Shown here: piece by piece, positions 58,123 through 63,962 of the stretch
Layout of the letters: the number at the start of each line of letters is the position of its first letter
How positions within the stretch are numbered: position 1 is the first letter of the stretch
Assembly (NCBI GenBank): GCA_017458675.1
Contig: JAFTAM010000182.1
Span: forward strand, 1 to 63,962
Length of the DNA: 63,962 nt
Origin: a bacterium
GTDB lineage: Bacteria; Vulcanimicrobiota; Xenobia; Xenobiales; Xenobiaceae
Direction: 5' to 3'
Program-made: the position numbers and the translations under genes
The notes under the pieces: generated by a model
Told to the model about the DNA's origin: nothing
Databases searched by the model: none
Seen by the model: the letters and a program-made list of their open reading frames with translations, nothing else

Positions 58123-61100
58123 TCAGCTCTTGAAGCCGGAAGCCATGTTCAGGGTTCTGGTGTTGATAGTCTCGAGACCTTCGATAGCGGCGGAATTGGC
58201 TTTGTTCTGGCCGTATTTCAGAGTGAAGGAACTGCCGTAATACTTATTGCCGACGGTAACCTTGTTTATCTTAACGGACGCGGCCGTAGTTTTGAGGGTC
58301 TCAAAGTGCATCACATAGCGGCCCTTATCCGAATCGTATTTTACCGTTCCCTTAGCGGAGTAAGCGGCGCCGTTGAGAGTATATTTCATCGTTCCCGTCT
58401 TCCCGCACACTCCGGAGGTTCCGCTGTACACGTTCACCGAATAGCGCGTGTTCTGAGCCTTCAGGCCGCTGTAAAGCAAATTGTAGGTTTTGCCCAGACT
58501 GATAATACGCTCGGCTGTGCTGACCGAATTGTTCAGAGCGACCGATTTGACGGCGACCGTGTCGTAAGCCGAGCCGTTCAGCGCCGAGAGCGTGAAGGGG
58601 AAGGTATAGGTCTGATTGACGGAACTGTAGGTTCCGGCGGTCTTGCTGTAGGTAGAGGAAGAAGCGACGGTCTTGCTGTTGTAGAGCTTATATTTTACCA
58701 TTATGTAATTGGCCGCCTGCGGCACGTTTTTGACGATCAACCGGGTCGAGAACATATTGGCGTATTTAATCGTACTGTTCGGGTTGGGATAGGTCAGGCT
58801 GACGCCTTTGCTGTAAAGCTTGCCGTTGACGACGATGGAAGCGACTTTGACGTCCTCCTTGGCCTTGAAACGGAAGTTTACCGTCTGGGCGGAGGCGTCG
58901 TAGGTTCCGCTTACGGTATACGTCCTGGAACTGTCGTTATACAAAACGTACGACAGTCTGGCGGAATTGGGCTTGGCGCTGACTCCGCTCACGCTCTGGC
59001 AGCAGCTTACGGATTCGGCGGACATATCGCCGTAAGCTATGGAAAAGTTATCTTTGATTTTGGAATCGACGTATTTATAATGGTTATTAACCACTATTTT
59101 GTCTAAAGAAATAAAGCTTCTGAATTCCGGAATAATGAAGGTTACTTTCTTATCGGCGGGGCTGTAGGATCCTTCGGCGCAGACCGCTCCGACATAAGAA
59201 TCGCCTCGGCAGTATTTTGCCTTTCCGCTTCCGTAAGAAGGCACGCCGCTGACAGTAACCTCATAGTTCTTCAGCATCGCCCCGTCCTGACGAAACCGCC
59301 GAAGAGCAGCGCTTCCCTGCAGACGCCGCCGCTGAGATCTATCCGCCTGTCGGCGTTAAAAACATATGCGGCGACTTCAATCCGCTTAAGAGTTATATAA
59401 GAAGCGTCGGTAATAATGCCTCCGAAGGTGAGCGCGCCGTCCTTATAGGAGGCGATATTGACGGTTTTTTCTTCCGAACCGCCGCCGACCGTATAGACGG
59501 CCCTGAAGGTGTCGGGATTGAAAGGCAGATCGACGATTCGCACATACGCCCGCTTCAGGCCGTCGGCCCCGCCGGAAGCGCCGTTTTTGGCGAACTGCGA
59601 GAAACTGACGCTTTGAATTCTGGCGGCAGGACAAAGGGTGATATATCCGCTGCAAACATAATCATCCAGCGTTATTTCCTTTACGACTATATCGTCCGCC
59701 TCGCCCGAGGCAGAGGCTAAATCGACAAAGGCGGCAAGCGTTTTGGCCTCTTTATCAAAGACCGCGCCTTTTAAAACCTCGGCCGTCGTCTCCGGACCGT
59801 CGGCGCCGCGGCAGTACTTTATTCTGCCCAGCGACGGCTGAGCGTCAATATTATTTATAATTATTTTGCCTATAATTCCGATATCGCTTTCGGCGGCGGC
59901 CCTGTCGGCGGCAAAACCGTTATAATCCAGAGAGAGCAGATTGCCGCAGCCGTACCAGCATCTTGAGAAACCCTGCCAACGGCTCTCCGAACCTTCAAGC
60001 CCGGTCAGAACTATATCGTCATACTTGTCGGCGCAGACAAAATTCAAACGCCAATACACCGTGTATCCGGTCCCGTCATTTATGACGCCGTCCGCTTCAA
60101 ATACGCCGGAGCGCCTATTGTAGGCCGCGCCCGAATTCAAGCTTTCCGCATGCGAGCTTATATACGAATTTCTGAATTTATCGGCTTCATTCGCAGTCGG
60201 GATATTGACGACGCATACCGTGGGGCTTTGAGTGAAACCTAAATCAAAGGACGAATAGCTGATTTCTATGGCGTCGCCCATTACATCCCCATCGTCGCCG
60301 CCGTCAAATCCGCTGAAATCCATCGCTTCGTTATAAGTTAAGTTATTGGTCAGGTCGTTGACGGATAAGACATGTATTTCCGGAGAAGGGGCCGTTTCCG
60401 TCAGACAGATCTGCACGGCGTTGTTTTCCGGATCGTAGAAATAATCGTTATCGGCTAATTTAAGCGTCTTAACCCGAACGAACGGATCGCTCCCCGTATA
60501 GTAGCTTACGACGAATTGCTGAGGGATGTCAGAGGGGACCTCCTGCAGGTCGAGCACCGCCTCCAAGGTTACCGCCGCGCTCTTCAAACCGGCGGCTTTG
60601 GCGCAGAACCCGACATTTTTATTCTCCGCTTCGCGTCCGGTCTGAGCGGCCCGCATTTCCCGCTTCCAGCTGAGCCAGAAGGGAGCGCCGCTGTTCCGGG
60701 CGGCTGTATCCAGAGGAATTTCAAAGAGAAAAGCCCCGTCTCCGCTCTCAGAAGTATTGTACAGGCAAAGCGAATCGACGCTGATCGGATAAAGGCTCGG
60801 ATCGATCTCAAAGTAAAAGCGCAGGGTACCTTCCCCGTCCAAGGCAGCTTCGGAGCTGGACACGCTGCCGTGCATCAGAGCCTCTTCGCCGCCGGCCCTC
60901 CAACTCTCCCGAGCTTCATCTTCAGCAGCCTTGGCCTCAGGCTCGGCGTCGGTATTATCGCCTGAAGTCTGCATTTCGGCCTGCTCTTCGAGGATGGCGC
61001 CGCCGTCTTCGTCGTCCGCGGCTCCGTCAGCCACAGCGGGGTTCGCCTCGACTTCGGCGGCCTCTTCAGCCTGCAAGCTCTCAGGCTCCCGAAAGCCTCC

Positions 61101-61363
61101 TTTCCGTTCAGCGCAGCCGCCGCATCCTGCTGACGGAGGCTCAGAACCGCCTTCAGATTTTCAACGGGTACAGAACCGTCGTAATCGGCAAAGGATATGC
61201 ACAGACGCTCAAACTGAACGCCTGCCCCAGCCTCCCGCCCGCAGCCTCCGTCCGTTCTGCCGTCGGCGCAGGCCGAAAGCGCGGCGGCAAGCATGAACAA
61301 AAGCGCAAAGCATAGGCTGAGCTTCAGGTTTTTAGGCTCGGTTTTCACGACGGCAGCTTCCAT
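58123..61363 (-). pseudogene. Frameshifted, C-terminally truncated paralogue of 45565-48579 (ORF pieces 60875-61363, 59271-61076, 58123-59277)
   Basis: The three ORFs align in order with the 1004-aa lipoprotein (LSAC; HGSV.SSEA.LD; KTV.IASY.D..LTFG; CQSVSGVS.KP; TRTL.M.SGFK). Shifts fall near 61100 and 59280; the stop is followed by the REP cluster. Confidence 0.75.
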
Positions 61364-61456
61364 GCGGACCTCCCTTTCGATTTGTTATAAATACATTCGC
61401 AAAGACCGTTCCGCTTAACGCGAGCGGAACGCTTCTATTATAACAGAATACCGGCA

Positions 61457-61670
61457 GCACTGTCGGTATTTAAGCAAAAACAAGTTTTTCGGCAGACATG
61501 TTTAATAAAGGTTTTCTTTGACGCATACGCGGAGATTCGAGCATTGCTCGCGCAGAGCGGCGCCGCAAAGAAAACCGACATAGCGAAAACATACAGAACA
61601 TTCTTTAAAGATTCTTCGCTACGCTCAGAATGACAAGGGAAACATTTTGCCTTAACTTTATGACATTGCC
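61457..61670 (+). mobile_element. Interspersed structured repeat, copy 6
   Basis: gcactgtcggtatttaagc...ggttttctttg...caaagaaaacc...ttaactttatgacattgcc. Confidence 0.8.
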
Positions 61671-61819
61671 GGCAAGTCCGTTTTTTTTATCGGTATTTTT
61701 TTTGTAAATCAGGCTGAGGCGCTTAAAAAAGAAAGGACCGCCGCTTTATCTGCCAAGCGGCGATCCTCATATAAGACAAAGGGGTTCAGCCTTTGTTAAA
61801 AGGCATCCAGTCCGTAAAC

Positions 61820-62745
61820 TCAGTTGATGCCAACGAAACCGATACATATGCCTATGTGATCTTTATCCTTGCAGCAGGATCGGCATTTACCGTCATGGTG
61901 GCAGTTGGTACAATTATTTATGTTGGGATATAAACCGCGACAGACTCTGCAGACGCCGTTGCCGGCTTTAAGATCACCGGTTAGATCTGAACCGGAACCC
62001 GGCACATAACAATTCGGACAACCAAAATTTACTTTTTTATTGCCCTTTGTGCCCATATTCCCTTCGTAACTGAAATATGCTTCCCCAACCATATAATCAG
62101 TCAATGTGGGAGATAAGGCATTGAGTCTTTCCGTGCTTTTCTGATCGCCTATCCTTATATAAGTGACATAAATGTTATCAGCGGGACTCTTAAAGCGATA
62201 GTTCATCGTTCTGCTGTCGCTGTCATATACGCCTTTCACAGAATACTTTTCATTATCGTCGGTTTCAAAAATTAACGTATTGCTTAAATTTGAAGGGACG
62301 TCAATAACTCTGAATCTGTAAGGTACTGCGCATTGTTCAAAATCCGAAGATACATCTAAATAAACATAATTGGTAGTGCCATTAGTTTGGCCGTTGGTGA
62401 CATTGAAACCATAATTGAACAGCATATTGCCTACTCTTATTTTTTCAATCTGAACACTATCAGCCGCTGTGGTTATTTTAAATTCAAATCTGTCATTGCC
62501 CCAAGAGCTTATCTCAGCAGTACGACGTTCGCCGTCAGCAACATATATCAACTCTTTATCCGCAGATTTAAAATCAAACGGTAATTTTGATTTACTGTCG
62601 CCGATTATGATGTCATATGTATTGATATTGGCAATCTCAGGGTAATCTATTTCTAAAGGAACGCCAGCAGACAGTTCTCTGCCTCCTATCGCAGTTATAA
62701 GATTTACTTTGTTTAAAAATAATTTAACCTCGTGAATATATATGC
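61820..62745 (-). pseudogene. 3' remnant of another Zn-finger-tailed lipoprotein paralogue, cut by the Mu-like element
   Basis: The frame stays open without a start codon from 62551 up to 62764; C-terminus MGTKGNKKV..CPNCYV.G matches MGKKGNKWV..CSACYV.G of 45565-48579. Confidence 0.7.
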
Positions 62746-63019
62746 TGCAGAGGGTAGTTTGAGACTAAGGGGGTGTGGAGATGGCGGCGGAAATGCCGAT
62801 AGAATCGGCGATCCGTAGATCGGCCATCGTAAAGTAGTTTGCGACAATATGCCCGCTGAAGCCCTTTAAAAGTCCGTTTAAATCTAATAAAAAAGCATTT
62901 AAAAAGCCGTTGAACGCCTGCAAAATGGCGGTTTTACGGCTTTTTTTTATTGTGAATTAAAGCGGTAAAAAATGGAATTTGAGAAATCGCGGTTTCATCG
63001 AGTTTTTATTAAGTTATCA

Positions 63020-63376
63020 CTATGAAACAGTATGATCGATGTGAACACTTAACTCCGGCACTTGTACATAATATGATGATATTTGTATTAGTTCACTTTT
63101 ACCGCGATTATTTAATTTATTGAAATTTAATAATAGTTTTGATTCATCGCTGTTAACCTCTTCTTGACACCTAAAGCAAGAATCTATACGAAGCCCTACA
63201 AATTCGGCGATTTGATCAAATTGCAATAGAGTTAAATTCTTTCCGCCTCCGTTTTCCCATCTATTTACAGTCACTCTGGTTACGCCCATAAGGTTAGCTA
63301 ATTCTTCTTGAGAGATTCCTTTAGCTTTTCTGGCTATTTTAATTTGATTCATTAAATATTTAGAAAATGTATCCAT
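63020..63376 (-). CDS. XRE-family HTH repressor
   Basis: IKIARKAKGISQEELANLMGVTRVTVNRWENG; likely start ATG 63376. Confidence 0.88.
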   Translation of the reverse strand: MDTFSKYLMNQIKIARKAKGISQEELANLMGVTRVTVNRWENGGGKNLTLLQFDQIAEFVGLRIDSCFRCQEEVNSDESKLLLNFNKLNNRGKSELIQISSYYVQVPELSVHIDHTVS

Positions 63377-63414
63377 ATATGATACATTTCCTAAGTAATA
63401 ACTATGTTCCCTAG

Positions 63415-63464
63415 TTGACAATGTAAAATATAATGATACAATACACTTGATTTAAGTATCATTA
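63415..63464 (+). promoter_or_regulatory. Early promoter with overlapping operator-like inverted repeat
   Basis: TTGACA (63415-63420), 16 bp spacer, TACAAT with TG extension; inverted repeat taatgatac (63431-63439) / gtatcatta (63456-63464). Confidence 0.7.
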
Positions 63465-63477
63465 GGGGATACATAAA

Positions 63478-63666
63478 GTGAATTGGCTAAAAAAAGCGAG
63501 GAAAAGATTAGGGTTAACTCAGCAACAGCTTGCAGATAAACTGGGTGTAACACGTATTACAGTTGCACGGTGGGAAACAAAGAGACAGCCGAGTTTAAAT
63601 AGACTTTTTGAAATTTCAGCGCTTTTAAATTTAGAGCCTTATGTCGTTCTCAGTTGTGATTATTAA
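63478..63666 (+). CDS. Small XRE-family HTH protein (Cro/Ner-position regulator)
   Basis: LKKARKRLGLTQQQLADKLGVTRITVARWET; agggg RBS. Confidence 0.85.
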   Translation: MNWLKKARKRLGLTQQQLADKLGVTRITVARWETKRQPSLNRLFEISALLNLEPYVVLSCDY

Positions 63667-63962
63667 TGATGTATGTATCTATTGAAGAAGCGTCAACTTT
63701 ATTAAGTGTTTCGCGAAGAACAATTCATACTTATATATCTAATCAAAAAGTAACCTCTCATGTTATACCTTGTTTAACAGGTGGTTTTAAACGGGAGATC
63801 GCCCTCGAGTCCCTGCCCCAGGATGCACAGCAGCGCTATTGGCAGCAGGTGCGCATCGAACAGGAAGCGGCCGCCTCTAAGCAGTCCAAGCGCGGCAGGC
63901 CGTCAAAAGCCGAAAAGCAAGCTCAAGAGGCCGCTAAAGCCGCCAAACAAGCAGAAATTCAA
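63666..63962 (+). CDS. Mu-like transposase N-terminus (partial, absent from the ORF track)
   Basis: TAATG coupling; MMYVSIEEASTLLSVSRRTI...GGFKREIALESLPQDAQQRY resembles the Mu-type DNA-binding domain; frame open to the window end. Confidence 0.7.
   Translation, partial: MMYVSIEEASTLLSVSRRTIHTYISNQKVTSHVIPCLTGGFKREIALESLPQDAQQRYWQQVRIEQEAAASKQSKRGRPSKAEKQAQEAAKAAKQAEIQ

Larger units (their letters stand above)
62746..63962 (+). mobile_element. Left end of a Mu-like transposable prophage/element (continues beyond the window)
   Basis: TG at 62746, direct repeats gtagtttg(a/c)gac at 62754 and 62834, then repressor <- -> cro/ner-like gene -> MuA-like gene. Confidence 0.7.

Noticed and set aside
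61085-61115. Programmed -1 frameshift at GGA AAG with a downstream hairpin
   Set aside because: The hairpin is weak and only ~1 nt from the A-AAG site; a second frameshift and a truncation in the same gene favour decay or sequencing error.

Overview
Bacterial chromosomal window of roughly 50-55% GC by eye, dropping in the last ~2 kb. The gene style suggests a poorly characterised diderm lineage, possibly Eremiobacterota/Vulcanimicrobiota; this is inference only. Housekeeping genes (ispF, ugd, hisS, an AI-2E transporter, a nitrilase, an MBL hydrolase) are interleaved with large accessory surface-protein clusters. Main points: (1) a 30-aa Cys/Trp peptide ORF missing from the ORF track, translationally coupled to a radical SAM/SPASM enzyme (candidate RiPP system, 3687-4876); (2) four paralogous lipoproteins with a shared 'AR-T/S' motif, two of them carrying (Asp-Ala)n or (Asp-Thr)n insertions, downstream of partial T2SS genes (gspC/I/J/K-like); (3) a tandemly duplicated divergent pair made of a secreted protein ending in an FrpC-like self-processing module (Ser-Pro instead of Asp-Pro) and a beta-propeller partner; (4) a glutamate dehydrogenase homologue with its substrate-binding and catalytic residues substituted, next to a receiver/PEP-synthase-N protein; (5) two giant HExxH lipoproteins and a family of Zn-finger-tailed lipoproteins, partly pseudogenised; (6) at least six copies of a ~210-260 bp structured MITE/REP-like repeat; (7) the left end of a Mu-like transposable element at the right edge. 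No rRNA, tRNA or CRISPR array was recognised. All assignments come from motif recognition by eye; no searches were run.
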